A DNA stretch of 64,000 nucleotides. Source: an uncultured Flavobacterium sp. (lineage in GTDB: Bacteria; Bacteroidota; Bacteroidia; Flavobacteriales; Flavobacteriaceae). Position 1 is the stretch's first letter; every line of letters begins with the position of its first letter. The notes under the pieces are model-generated. The model had not been told where the DNA came from, did no database searches, and saw only the letters and a list, made by a program, of their open reading frames with translations. Both the position numbers and the translations under genes were made by a program. This document shows, piece after piece, positions 37,419 through 46,669 of the stretch. The stretch is from contig NZ_CAXBBR010000002.1 in assembly GCF_963974175.1 (NCBI RefSeq), positions 165,266-229,265 of the forward strand, given 5' to 3'.

Positions 37419-38558
37419 ATGATCAATAAGCGCCTTTTAATTAAAAACCTGCTCGCTCAAAATGATGAGAGTAGCTTTTATGACAAAAAGCGCCAATTGA
37501 ACTTGCATACTCGTGAAGGAAAAGCAAAGTTTTTAAAACACATTTGCGCTTTATCCAATTCCAACCCTGCCAATAATTCTTACATCGTGGTAGGAGTCGA
37601 AGATCAAGATAATGAAATCGTGGGGGTAGATTTTTTTGATGACAGCCATATTCAGAATTTAGTAAATGCCTATTTAGAAAACCCACCTAAGATTCAATAT
37701 GAAAATGTCCCTTTCCCAAACTTACCAAAAGACAAGGTGATTGGATTAGTGACGGTAAAACCAAAAAATAACATCTCGTATTTTAAAAAAGGGATTCATA
37801 CTATTCTGGTCAATAGCGTCTTTATAAGGCATGGCAGCAACACGATGCCGACGGAAGAAAAAATTAAAAAGAATTTTCAAAACTCAGAAACCGTAATTGG
37901 CATAGAGAATAATGCTCGAAACAACATCAAATACACCTTGGACGGCGTATTTGATTTTATGAATTTTCGCCACAAAGACATGGCACCCAAGTACAAGGTC
38001 TTCAAAGAATTATTTGTGATTTGCTGGGCCGGAACTCCAAAAAAAGTAAGAGATAAAACATTTTTGTCCCGTGTTGACATCGAACTGATAAATGAGCAAA
38101 TTAAATTGTTTTATTCCGATCAAGATGTGGTTACCATTACTTATGATGAGGATACTTTTACCATTACTGAATATCTTTCTTTGGGCCTGAATGACAAGAC
38201 GAGTTATTATCCCCTGGAGAAACAAACTATCTATTTTTATGAAAATGGGTACTACAAAATAGAAAACGAGATGCTTTTCCAACCACCGGAATTCAGCCGA
38301 AAAATGCTTTACCACATTTACAATTCTAATCTTGCTGTTTTAGCAAAACTAAAAAAAGGACTCACATTAACAGCGGGTGAACAAAAGGATCTGGAAAATG
38401 TGCCCTCGACATTTATGATTTGTTACCTCAACGGATTTGATGAGGCTAAAGAAAAACTAGAGGAAGCTAAGCCTTTTTTAAAACCTTTTCCTCACATTTA
38501 TTTATCCTTTAAAGAAGCAATGCGAATTTTGAGAAAGATGAAGTACGATGTGAAGTAA
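37419..38558 (+). CDS. AlbA_2 (Schlafen-like) domain protein with unknown C-terminal domain
   Basis: N-terminal ESSFYDKK...FLKHICALSNSNPANNSYIVVGVEDQDNEIVGVD matches the AlbA_2 pattern. The remaining ~230 aa were not recognised. Confidence 0.65.
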   Translation: MINKRLLIKNLLAQNDESSFYDKKRQLNLHTREGKAKFLKHICALSNSNPANNSYIVVGVEDQDNEIVGVDFFDDSHIQNLVNAYLENPPKIQYENVPFPNLPKDKVIGLVTVKPKNNISYFKKGIHTILVNSVFIRHGSNTMPTEEKIKKNFQNSETVIGIENNARNNIKYTLDGVFDFMNFRHKDMAPKYKVFKELFVICWAGTPKKVRDKTFLSRVDIELINEQIKLFYSDQDVVTITYDEDTFTITEYLSLGLNDKTSYYPLEKQTIYFYENGYYKIENEMLFQPPEFSRKMLYHIYNSNLAVLAKLKKGLTLTAGEQKDLENVPSTFMICYLNGFDEAKEKLEEAKPFLKPFPHIYLSFKEAMRILRKMKYDVK

Positions 38559-38673
38559 AAATTAAGTCATTTTACAAAAACAAATATACCGTATCGTATT
38601 TAGATACTTGCGCCCTAAATACAGTGGTGATTTAAAAGCCTTTCTAATTTGAAAAAGTAAACTAGGGCTTGTA

Positions 38674-38699
38674 GGAAAACATCAGTAGTACTACTGATG
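38674..38699 (-). terminator. perfect 20-nt palindrome CATCAGTAGTACTACTGATG with a minus-strand T-run
   Basis: 9-bp stem. On the minus strand it is followed by TTTTCC. Lies 33 nt after the small ORF stop. Confidence 0.45.
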
Positions 38700-38733
38700 C
38701 TTCTTTAAAAGGACTTCCTTCTATTGCTCCGTT

Positions 38734-38823
38734 TTAAAAATGACAGGCAGCCATAAAAAGGTCATTAATAAAGCTGGCTACCATTCGAATAATTAAAAGC
38801 GACAAGACGATAAGTGTATTCAT
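38734..38823 (-). CDS. possible 29-aa hydrophobic peptide MNTLIVLSLLIIRMVASFINDLFMAACHF
   Basis: ATG-to-TAA ORF below the track cutoff with one predicted TM helix and a downstream palindrome terminator. An ORF this short could be chance. Confidence 0.2.
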   Translation of the reverse strand: MNTLIVLSLLIIRMVASFINDLFMAACHF

Positions 38824-39281
38824 TGTAGAAAGTTTTTTTGTAAAATTACTTCAAAATACCACAGCAAACAATCACTAAATTTAGTGATATTTACGCAATT
38901 CAAAAATAGCTATTTTATTTCAGAATCAACTCATTAAAAACAAATCTATCGTAAAATACAACTATTTCGTCCATGCAATTTAGCTAAACTTTTATGTTAG
39001 CCCGCTTCCTCCGTTTAAATTTTTATCGTTTACTATTGAGGCACGATTTACTCTCGCTAAAGATGGAAACCGTTGCATCTGCTACAAATTACGATAGCTC
39101 AATAAAATACTTCAAACACAATCAACGATCTTTTACTTGTTATACTGTTTTCTGCTCCACTTTAATTTTAAGATAAAAAAATAATTAAAAATTCTCTCTT
39201 CCCAACTCTTTTCCTTAATTTTATGGATTAGAAAAAAAACACTCTTGCTGTTTTTTATAATCCCGATTGACCAAACACAAA

Positions 39282-40007
39282 ATGAGAACATTAGTTATAG
39301 GAGATATACACGGAGGCTTACGTGCACTGCACCAAATCATGGAAAGAGCCAAGGTAACTGCCGAAGATTCCTTGATTTTTTTAGGGGATTATGTAGATGG
39401 CTGGAGCCAATCTCCACAAGTCCTCGATTACTTAATTGAATTGAATAGCACAAACAATTGTGTCTTTATCCGGGGAAATCACGATGAATTATTATTGCAT
39501 TGGTTAAAAGATAGTAAAGACAACCTCATGTGGTACAAGCATGGTGGCGAAGCAACTGTACTAGCTTATGAAAAAGTAGATGCCGTTACAAAACAATTGC
39601 ATGTTGACTTTTTACTTTCGTTAAAAGACTACTATTTAGATGAGAAAAACCGCCTTTTTGTTCATGCCGGATTTACAAACATGAATGGAGTTGCTTATGA
39701 ATTCTTTCCAAAATTATTTTACTGGGATAGAACCTTATGGGAAACTGCTCTGTCATTAGACCGAAGTATCAAACCCAATGACATGCTCTATCCGAAGCGA
39801 TTGACTTTGTATGACGAAATCTACATAGGCCATACGCCAGTGACTCGCATAGGTAAAACAGAACCGGTACAAATGGCTTGTGTCTGGAACGTGGATACAG
39901 GAGCTGCTTTTAAAGGTCCTTTGACCATAATGGACGTAAATACAAAAGAATTCTGGCAAAGTGAGCCCTTGAACGCTTTGTATTTTGACGAAAAAGGGAG
40001 AAATTAA
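39282..40007 (+). CDS. metallophosphoesterase (Ser/Thr phosphatase / ApaH-like)
   Basis: GDIHGG, GDYVDG and GNHDE motifs. The track start at 39267 is a TTG, so the ATG at 39282 is preferred. Confidence 0.85.
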   Translation: MRTLVIGDIHGGLRALHQIMERAKVTAEDSLIFLGDYVDGWSQSPQVLDYLIELNSTNNCVFIRGNHDELLLHWLKDSKDNLMWYKHGGEATVLAYEKVDAVTKQLHVDFLLSLKDYYLDEKNRLFVHAGFTNMNGVAYEFFPKLFYWDRTLWETALSLDRSIKPNDMLYPKRLTLYDEIYIGHTPVTRIGKTEPVQMACVWNVDTGAAFKGPLTIMDVNTKEFWQSEPLNALYFDEKGRN

Positions 40008-40055
40008 AATTTAATAAACTAATTTTGTCTCAATAGTTTAAAAATATTGACACAT

Positions 40056-40553
40056 ATGAAAAAAGTAATCACATTATTATTACTATCGTCCGTTTGGCTT
40101 ACAAATGCACAAGCCTTTAAAGGAAATGGAGATGTGAAAGGTCAAGTAGGTCTAAATCTACAAGACGGAGGAACAGGAATTTTCATTTCTTCTGATTTTG
40201 GAATTGGCGAAAACATGTCCTTAGGGCTTACGGCTAATTATTTATTATCTGTTAACGAAGACGAATTGGGAAATATTCCAGATTTTGGTCAACGGGTAGA
40301 TTTTAAAGCACGATTTAACGCTAATTTAGGAAATGTATTGAAAATGGAGCCAAATATGGATATTTATCCAGGCTTGGATTTAGGTTTACATAACTTTGGC
40401 GCACATCTTGGTTTCCGTTATTTCTTTACCGAAGGTTTTGGATTATTTGGTGAAGCTGGAGTACCAATAGCTAAATACGACAAAAACATAACTGGATTTG
40501 ACCATTTGAACAATCAGTTTGTTTTCAATATTGGAGCATCGTTTAATTTGTAG
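40056..40553 (+). CDS. small outer-membrane beta-barrel protein
   Basis: Signal peptide ending TNAQA and Gly/aromatic-rich alternating strands. The track start at 40047 is a TTG. Confidence 0.6.
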   Translation: MKKVITLLLLSSVWLTNAQAFKGNGDVKGQVGLNLQDGGTGIFISSDFGIGENMSLGLTANYLLSVNEDELGNIPDFGQRVDFKARFNANLGNVLKMEPNMDIYPGLDLGLHNFGAHLGFRYFFTEGFGLFGEAGVPIAKYDKNITGFDHLNNQFVFNIGASFNL

Positions 40554-40581
40554 CACAATACAATTACTACATTTTTACAAT

Positions 40582-40620
40582 AAAAAAAGGCAATTTGAAA
40601 TTTTCAAATTGCCTTTTTTA
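40582..40620. terminator. bidirectional terminator
   Basis: 13-bp stem AGGCAATTTGAAA/TTTCAAATTGCCT flanked by an A-run and a T-run. Confidence 0.8.
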
Positions 40621-40638
40621 GTTTATGTGTTTTAAGTA

Positions 40639-42192
40639 CTACAAATCAAATTTGATTCCTTGTGCCAAAGGCAAAGAAGTTCCATAATTGATTGTATTGG
40701 TTTGACGACGCATATACACTTTCCATGCATCTGAACCTGACTCACGCCCACCACCTGTTTCTTTTTCTCCTCCAAAAGCACCACCGATTTCAGCACCAGA
40801 AGTCCCGATGTTTACATTGGCAATACCACAATCTGACCCTGCAACAGATAAGAAATGCTCTGCTTCTCTTAAATTGTTAGTCATAATCGCAGAAGACAAT
40901 CCTTGTGCTACTCCGTTTTGAACGTCAAGCGCATTTTCTACAGTTCCTGAATATTTCAATAAATACAATACTGGAGCAAAAGTTTCGTGTTGTACGATTT
41001 CAAATGAATTGTCCGCTTCTGCAATTGCAGGTTTCACGTAACATCCACTTTCGTACCCTTCTCCTGAAAGAACACCACCTTCAACAAGAATTTTACCACC
41101 TTGTTCTACTACTTTAGTCAACGCTCTATTGTACATTTCAACCGCATGCGTGTCGATTAGTGGTCCAACGTGATTGTTTTCGTCTAATGGATTTCCGATG
41201 CTTAGTTGCTTGTAAGCTGCCACAACAGCGTCTTTTACTGTATCATAAATACTTTCATGAATAATTAAACGGCGAGTTGAAGTACATCTTTGTCCTGCAG
41301 TTCCTACTGCTCCAAAAACAGCACCGATAACTGTCATTTTTATATCAGCATCTGGCGTAACAATGATTGCATTGTTTCCACCTAATTCCAATAATGATCT
41401 TCCTAAACGACCTGCTACTGTTTGCGCAACGATTTTCCCCATACGAGTAGAACCTGTTGCAGAAATTAACGGTACACGTTTGTCATTAGTCATCATTTCA
41501 CCTACTTTGTAATCTCCGTTGATTAAACAAGAGATTCCTTCTGGAAGGTTATTTTCTTTAATTACCTCAGCAATTATGTTTTGACAGGCGATTCCACAAA
41601 GTGGTGTTTTCTCTGATGGTTTCCAAACGCAAACATCACCAGCGATCCAAGCCAAAGCGGTATTCCAAGCCCAAACAGCTACTGGAAAGTTAAACGCTGA
41701 GATAATCCCAACAACTCCCAATGGATGATATTGCTCATACATTCTATGTTGTGGACGCTCAGAATGCATTGTTAAACCATGCAATTGACGAGAAAGACCA
41801 ACTGCAAAATCACAGATATCAATCATCTCCTGAACCTCACCATATCCTTCTTGTAATGATTTCCCCATTTCGTAAGAAACCAATTTACCTAAAGCATCTT
41901 TATTTTCACGTAATTTTTCTCCAAACTGACGCACGATTTCACCACGTTGCGGTGCTGGCATCAATCTGAATGTTTTGAAAGCTTCAGTAGCGGACTGCAT
42001 TACTTTTTCGTAATCTGCCGCTGTCGAAGTTTTAACTTTCGCTATCAATTGACCATCTACAGGAGAATAACTTTCAAGGATTTCTCCATTTGAAAAATGA
42101 TTTAATCCTGTTGAAGTTCCTTCATTTATGTCCTTTATGCCCAATTGTGCCAAAGCCTCTTTCATTCCGAATTGATTTGCTATTGTTATCAT
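40639..42192 (-). CDS. aldehyde dehydrogenase, ALDH7 / piperideine-6-carboxylate dehydrogenase-like
   Basis: ELGGNNAIIV and catalytic GTAGQRCTSTRRL. The N-terminal region GMKEALAQLGI...SYSPVDG resembles antiquitin-type enzymes. Confidence 0.85.
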   Translation of the reverse strand: MITIANQFGMKEALAQLGIKDINEGTSTGLNHFSNGEILESYSPVDGQLIAKVKTSTAADYEKVMQSATEAFKTFRLMPAPQRGEIVRQFGEKLRENKDALGKLVSYEMGKSLQEGYGEVQEMIDICDFAVGLSRQLHGLTMHSERPQHRMYEQYHPLGVVGIISAFNFPVAVWAWNTALAWIAGDVCVWKPSEKTPLCGIACQNIIAEVIKENNLPEGISCLINGDYKVGEMMTNDKRVPLISATGSTRMGKIVAQTVAGRLGRSLLELGGNNAIIVTPDADIKMTVIGAVFGAVGTAGQRCTSTRRLIIHESIYDTVKDAVVAAYKQLSIGNPLDENNHVGPLIDTHAVEMYNRALTKVVEQGGKILVEGGVLSGEGYESGCYVKPAIAEADNSFEIVQHETFAPVLYLLKYSGTVENALDVQNGVAQGLSSAIMTNNLREAEHFLSVAGSDCGIANVNIGTSGAEIGGAFGGEKETGGGRESGSDAWKVYMRRQTNTINYGTSLPLAQGIKFDL

Positions 42193-42371
42193 TGTAACTT
42201 TTTTGGTTAAAATTGTTATATTATTTTTTTGTAAAGATATTGTTTAAAGACTTACTATACAAAATTCATCCTGTAAAATATCGTTAAGAATAGGGTATTA
42301 TTGTTAAAAACCAGATCCTTTATGCAATTCTTCGCGATTAAAAAAAATAGATTTATGTGTACGTGATTTCA

Positions 42372-42449
42372 TAGCCCCGGTAGTAGCGGCATCCTTTTGT
42401 GGATTTCTTTAGGCCACAAAAGATAAAGCGAATGACGGGAAGTGGCTCC
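42372..42449 (-). repeat. copy of the dispersed GGAGC...CGGGGCTA element (subfamily 2)
   Basis: Arms match the copy at 51965. Central stem CTTTTGTGG/CCACAAAAG. Ends 27 nt from the dioxygenase stop. Confidence 0.8.
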
Positions 42450-42476
42450 TAACTAAAAGAGAATCCTTTATATACT

Positions 42477-43016
42477 TTACTCTTTAGTCATAAATCGAGG
42501 GTCCGTTTCCATCACTGTCCCGCATTTTTCGCAGGTTCTCAGTGCTTCTGATTTATAGAAACTATCAAAATGAGGCATAAAGTCTTTTTCGATATCGTTT
42601 AGCTCAAAGTACACTTCATGTAATTTATGATTGCAGCTCTCACAAAACCATAGCAAACCGTCCGTATAGCCTTGCCCTGCCCTTTTTCGTTCAATAACCA
42701 AACCTATAGAGTCCTCTGAACGCACTGGAGAATGAGGGACCTTTGCAGGATGTAGGTACATATCACCCGCATGTAACTCCAATACATTACGCTCGCCATC
42801 CTCTTGTGTAATGACTTTTATCGAACCTTCTAATTGATAGAACAACTCTTCAGTCTCGTTATAATGAAAATCTTTTCGGGCATTAGGGCCCGCAACAATC
42901 ATGACAATATAATCACCGGAATCCCTATATAAATTTTTATTTCCAACAGGCGGTTTCAGCAACTGACGGTTTTCATCAATCCATTTAGTAAGGTTGAAAG
43001 GTTTTGAAATTGCCAT
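42477..43016 (-). CDS. nbaC: 3-hydroxyanthranilate 3,4-dioxygenase
   Basis: Cupin core (FHYNETEELFYQLEG, HSPVR) plus a C-terminal Cys pair region (CESCNH...CEKCG) typical of HAAO. Confidence 0.9.
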   Translation of the reverse strand: MAISKPFNLTKWIDENRQLLKPPVGNKNLYRDSGDYIVMIVAGPNARKDFHYNETEELFYQLEGSIKVITQEDGERNVLELHAGDMYLHPAKVPHSPVRSEDSIGLVIERKRAGQGYTDGLLWFCESCNHKLHEVYFELNDIEKDFMPHFDSFYKSEALRTCEKCGTVMETDPRFMTKE

Positions 43017-43193
43017 TTTATTTGAGTTGTTAAATTAATGTTGCGCTAAGTTACTAAAAAGTCTCAAGCAGTAAAGTTTATAAAATCATAAACTATGGGC
43101 ATAATTACGAAATGGATCTGCTAATGTTAATGGGGACGAGAATTCTATTCTCAAAATTGGGGCTGAGCCTGCAAGATATCAACTACCTATCCT

Positions 43194-44303
43194 TTATTTC
43201 ACCTCTTTTATTAAGTAAATATAAACCGGAAAATGATCACTGAAACCAATTTCCGTAGCCGAATGACGTTTTGGATATCCCTTATACTGACCAGAAGTTT
43301 GTATTAAAAAAGACTTGTTATATATCCCCGCTTTCCAATAGTTAAAAGAAGAAAAATTATTCTGAATCAGCGATTGCGATACCATTATTTGGTCAAAGAT
43401 ATCCCATGAATCCCGAAATGCGATTGTCCCTAAACCTTTCTTAGCCATATCCTCAAAGGGGTTATATATTCCTAATGGAGGAACATCTGCTTTATTGGCT
43501 TTAGCACCAAGGGCAATTTTCACACTTCTATTATAAGGTCCATCATTTAAATCTCCCATGGTCAACACCTTTGCGTTTGGATTTATCCGCTGCAGAGAGT
43601 CTATTATTTTTCTATTTAATGCTCCTGCTGCTTCGCGAAACGGACTTGATTTTTTCTCTCCACCGGAGCGTGACGGCCAGTGATTGACAATAATATTAAT
43701 TTCTTCTCCATCCAAAAAACCCGTGACTAATAGCTGATCTCTCGTAAAGACACGATTATTATAATTGCTTATTTGTAAAGTGTCATCCGTTTTTTCTTCC
43801 ACTTCTAATTTGGCACCCACTTTTTTAACGACTTCTTTTCGGTAAACGATTAGCGGGATATTGGTATAAGTTGTAGGACGGAAATATTGTTTTTGATACA
43901 ATAACGCAACGTCGATTCCTCTTTTGTCTGGCGAATCAAAATGGATGATTCCGTACTCTTTATTAACAATTTTTGATTCTTTGATTAAATCTTCCAGAAC
44001 GCCTCTATTCTCAATTTCAGAACAACCAATGAATGTAGGTGAATTTGTATTTTCCGCCGAGCCGATTTCCAGTAAAACCCGAGAAAGATTCTGCAGTTTT
44101 TGATTGTACTTTTTGGAAGTCCAATGCTGTGCTCCTTTGGGCGTCCATTCATCGTCATTTGTAGCGGGATCGTTTATGGTATCAAAAAGATTTTCAAAAT
44201 TATAGAATGCAACGGTATGTATCGCATATTTTTTTTGTTGGCAAAATCCATCAACTACAGGTACAATAAAAAATAACACTAAAATCAATCGCGTAACTCT
44301 CAT
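43194..44303 (-). CDS. secreted endonuclease/exonuclease/phosphatase-family protein
   Basis: Signal peptide and C-terminal GFSDHFPVY motif of the EEP fold. Confidence 0.8.
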   Translation of the reverse strand: MRVTRLILVLFFIVPVVDGFCQQKKYAIHTVAFYNFENLFDTINDPATNDDEWTPKGAQHWTSKKYNQKLQNLSRVLLEIGSAENTNSPTFIGCSEIENRGVLEDLIKESKIVNKEYGIIHFDSPDKRGIDVALLYQKQYFRPTTYTNIPLIVYRKEVVKKVGAKLEVEEKTDDTLQISNYNNRVFTRDQLLVTGFLDGEEINIIVNHWPSRSGGEKKSSPFREAAGALNRKIIDSLQRINPNAKVLTMGDLNDGPYNRSVKIALGAKANKADVPPLGIYNPFEDMAKKGLGTIAFRDSWDIFDQIMVSQSLIQNNFSSFNYWKAGIYNKSFLIQTSGQYKGYPKRHSATEIGFSDHFPVYIYLIKEVK

Positions 44304-44405
44304 ATTTGACCTCTGAAAAATTAATTTTAATCCTCAATACCAGCAACTCTTTGAGTAAAAATACTTCATTTTAAGAACAAACTTCAAATTATTTTTGAAA
44401 TTCAT

Positions 44406-44413
44406 TATCTTTG
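44406..44413 (+). promoter_or_regulatory. -7 box TATCTTTG
   Basis: 58 nt upstream of the ATG at 44471, which supports the long start. Confidence 0.4.
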
Positions 44414-44470
44414 ATTTTTAGTCAATTTGATTGACTTCCATTATTTTACACATCCTCGAAAAACAAAAAT

Positions 44471-45472
44471 ATGCATACTACCCGATTTTGGTCTATAAAA
44501 AGTAGTTTTGGTTTTTATAAAGCCCTACTTTTATTTTTTGTTTTACAATCATTCAACAGTCAAGCCCATACACCAATGACAACACCACCCATTTTACAAA
44601 AAGGAGATACGATTGCAATTTTGGCAACAGCCAGAAAAAATATTGATGACAACTTGCAACCTGCCATAGATTTATTACATAGCTGGGGACTAGAAGTTGT
44701 TATTGGAAATACAATTGGCTTAGACGACAATCAATTAGCGGGCACTGATACCCAAAGAGCAGCCGATTTTCAGAAACAATTAGACAACCCAAATATTAAA
44801 GCAATCTGGTGTGTAAAAGGAGGTTATGGTACGGTTCGAATCATTGACTTATTGGATTTTACCAAATTTAAACAAAGCCCAAAATGGATTGTTGGTTTTA
44901 GCGACATCACCGTTTTACACAATCATTTAAATACAATGGGATACAAAACCATTCATGGAATTATGCCTGTCACTTATCCACGAGCAACTACGGAGGCAGT
45001 TGAAAGCCTAAAACTGGCATTGTTTGGCAATCCCATCCGTTACGAGATTGCTCCCGACCCTATGAATCGCTTCGGAACCGCTTCAGGCGAATTAGTAGGT
45101 GGAAATTTATCAATCTTGTATAGTTTGTTAGGTTCTAATTCAGCTATAGATTGTACAGATAAAATCTTGTTTATAGAAGATTTAGATGAATACTTGTATC
45201 ATATTGACCGCATGATGATGAATTTAAAACGCAATGGTTGTCTCGAAAGTATAAAAGGTATAATTGTGGGTTCTATGTACAAGATGCGAGACAATGATAT
45301 TCCCTGGGGAAAAAATGCCCTTGAAATCATAGAAGATGTCACTAAGCAATACAAAATTCCCGTTGTCTATAATTTCCCGGCAGGACATATCCGCGACAAT
45401 AGAGCGTTAGTTTTAGGAAGTGTTGTTCATCTTGAAGTTACTGCTAAAAAAAGTGTTTTACAATTTGACTAA
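44471..45472 (+). CDS. LD-carboxypeptidase (peptidase S66)
   Basis: GFSDITVLH nucleophile motif and FPAGH. The N-terminal 35 aa look like a signal peptide. An alternative start exists at codon 36. Confidence 0.85.
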   Translation: MHTTRFWSIKSSFGFYKALLLFFVLQSFNSQAHTPMTTPPILQKGDTIAILATARKNIDDNLQPAIDLLHSWGLEVVIGNTIGLDDNQLAGTDTQRAADFQKQLDNPNIKAIWCVKGGYGTVRIIDLLDFTKFKQSPKWIVGFSDITVLHNHLNTMGYKTIHGIMPVTYPRATTEAVESLKLALFGNPIRYEIAPDPMNRFGTASGELVGGNLSILYSLLGSNSAIDCTDKILFIEDLDEYLYHIDRMMMNLKRNGCLESIKGIIVGSMYKMRDNDIPWGKNALEIIEDVTKQYKIPVVYNFPAGHIRDNRALVLGSVVHLEVTAKKSVLQFD

Positions 45473-45477
45473 AAAAG

Positions 45478-45837
45478 ATGGCTGAACACAATGAATTAGG
45501 GAAACTTGGGGAAGAATTAGCTGTATCCTATTTGCAGAAAAACGGATATACCATTATGGATACCAATTGGACTTTTCAAAAAGCAGAAATTGATATCATT
45601 GCCAAAAAAGAAAATACCCTTGCTATTGTTGAAGTAAAAACCCGTTCCTCATTAGAGTTTGGTTTGCCGCAGGATTTCGTGAAACCTAAAAAAATTCAGC
45701 TTCTCGTAAAAGCCGTTGACGCCTATGTCAATGAAAAAGACCTAGATATTGATGTCCGTTTTGACATCATTGCTATCCACAAAGAAGGCAAATCTTTTGT
45801 TATTGAACACCTTATCGATGCGTTTTATCATTTTTAA
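45478..45837 (+). CDS. YraN-family (UPF0102) endonuclease-like protein
   Basis: GEELAVSYLQKNGYTI...EIDIIA...AIVEVKTR pattern. Confidence 0.85.
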   Translation: MAEHNELGKLGEELAVSYLQKNGYTIMDTNWTFQKAEIDIIAKKENTLAIVEVKTRSSLEFGLPQDFVKPKKIQLLVKAVDAYVNEKDLDIDVRFDIIAIHKEGKSFVIEHLIDAFYHF

Positions 45838-45881
45838 GTAAATTTTATCGATGTTATATTTGTAACAAAATGTTTTTTATT

Positions 45882-45889
45882 TATATTTG
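45882..45889 (+). promoter_or_regulatory. -7 box TATATTTG (a second copy lies at 45855)
   Basis: TAnnTTTG 68 nt upstream of the ATG at 45957. Confidence 0.35.
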
Positions 45890-45956
45890 CATACGTTTTT
45901 AACACAACTACTAAATCAACTAACTACTAGATCTAAGTAAAAACATCTAATTTATT

Positions 45957-46613
45957 ATGAAAACTGTTTCATCAATTGTCGAAAATTACATTAAAACAAA
46001 GCCCTTTCTATTAAACGCACTCTCTCTTGGAATTATTAATCTGACGTCATTATCTAGAAATATAATGTCCGAATTAGAAAGCGAGTTTGGCAAAGAAGTA
46101 AAACAAGGTGCTGTTGTAATGTCGCTAAAGAGACTTACCGAAGAATTGGATTTTAGATTAAATCACAAAATTAATAAAGTAATAAAAAATATAGGTGAAA
46201 TAACTGTACGTTCTGCTTTGACTGATTATACGTTCTCTGTTTCTGAAACGGCTTTCAACAAACAGTCCCAACTAATATCAGACATCAATGCCTTACCTGA
46301 TGTGTTTTACACCTCATCCAGAGGAGTAAATGAAATCAATATTGTAGTAAGCAATAGTGTAAATCACTTGGTTGACAAGCATTTTGTAAGTGAAAAACTG
46401 ATTCAAAAACTGGACAATCTAGCATCGATTACCGTTAAATTACCAAAAGAAAACATTGTTGTTCCTGGTATTTATTATTTCATCTTTCAGCGTTTAGCCT
46501 GGGAAGGGATTATCATTAATGAAGTAATCTCGACTTCTAATGAATTCACTATTTTAGTAAGTGAAGAACAAGTAGATGTTGCTTTTAAAGTAATCAAAGA
46601 TTTGAAAAACTAA
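45957..46613 (+). CDS. conserved hypothetical protein
   Basis: 218 aa with coding-like composition. No motif recognised with confidence. Confidence 0.6.
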   Translation: MKTVSSIVENYIKTKPFLLNALSLGIINLTSLSRNIMSELESEFGKEVKQGAVVMSLKRLTEELDFRLNHKINKVIKNIGEITVRSALTDYTFSVSETAFNKQSQLISDINALPDVFYTSSRGVNEINIVVSNSVNHLVDKHFVSEKLIQKLDNLASITVKLPKENIVVPGIYYFIFQRLAWEGIIINEVISTSNEFTILVSEEQVDVAFKVIKDLKN

Positions 46614-46669
46614 AATAAACAATTACGGTTATAGCTGAGCTTCCCTCTTTCAAAAGACGGAAGCTTTTT

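Noticed and set aside
38994-39176. 60-aa plus-strand ORF in the 723-bp gap
   Set aside because: Its composition is unlike the coding regions here (Leu/Arg/Ser/Cys-rich), and I recognised no motif or promoter box. I treat it as a chance ORF, though the gap as a whole is flagged.
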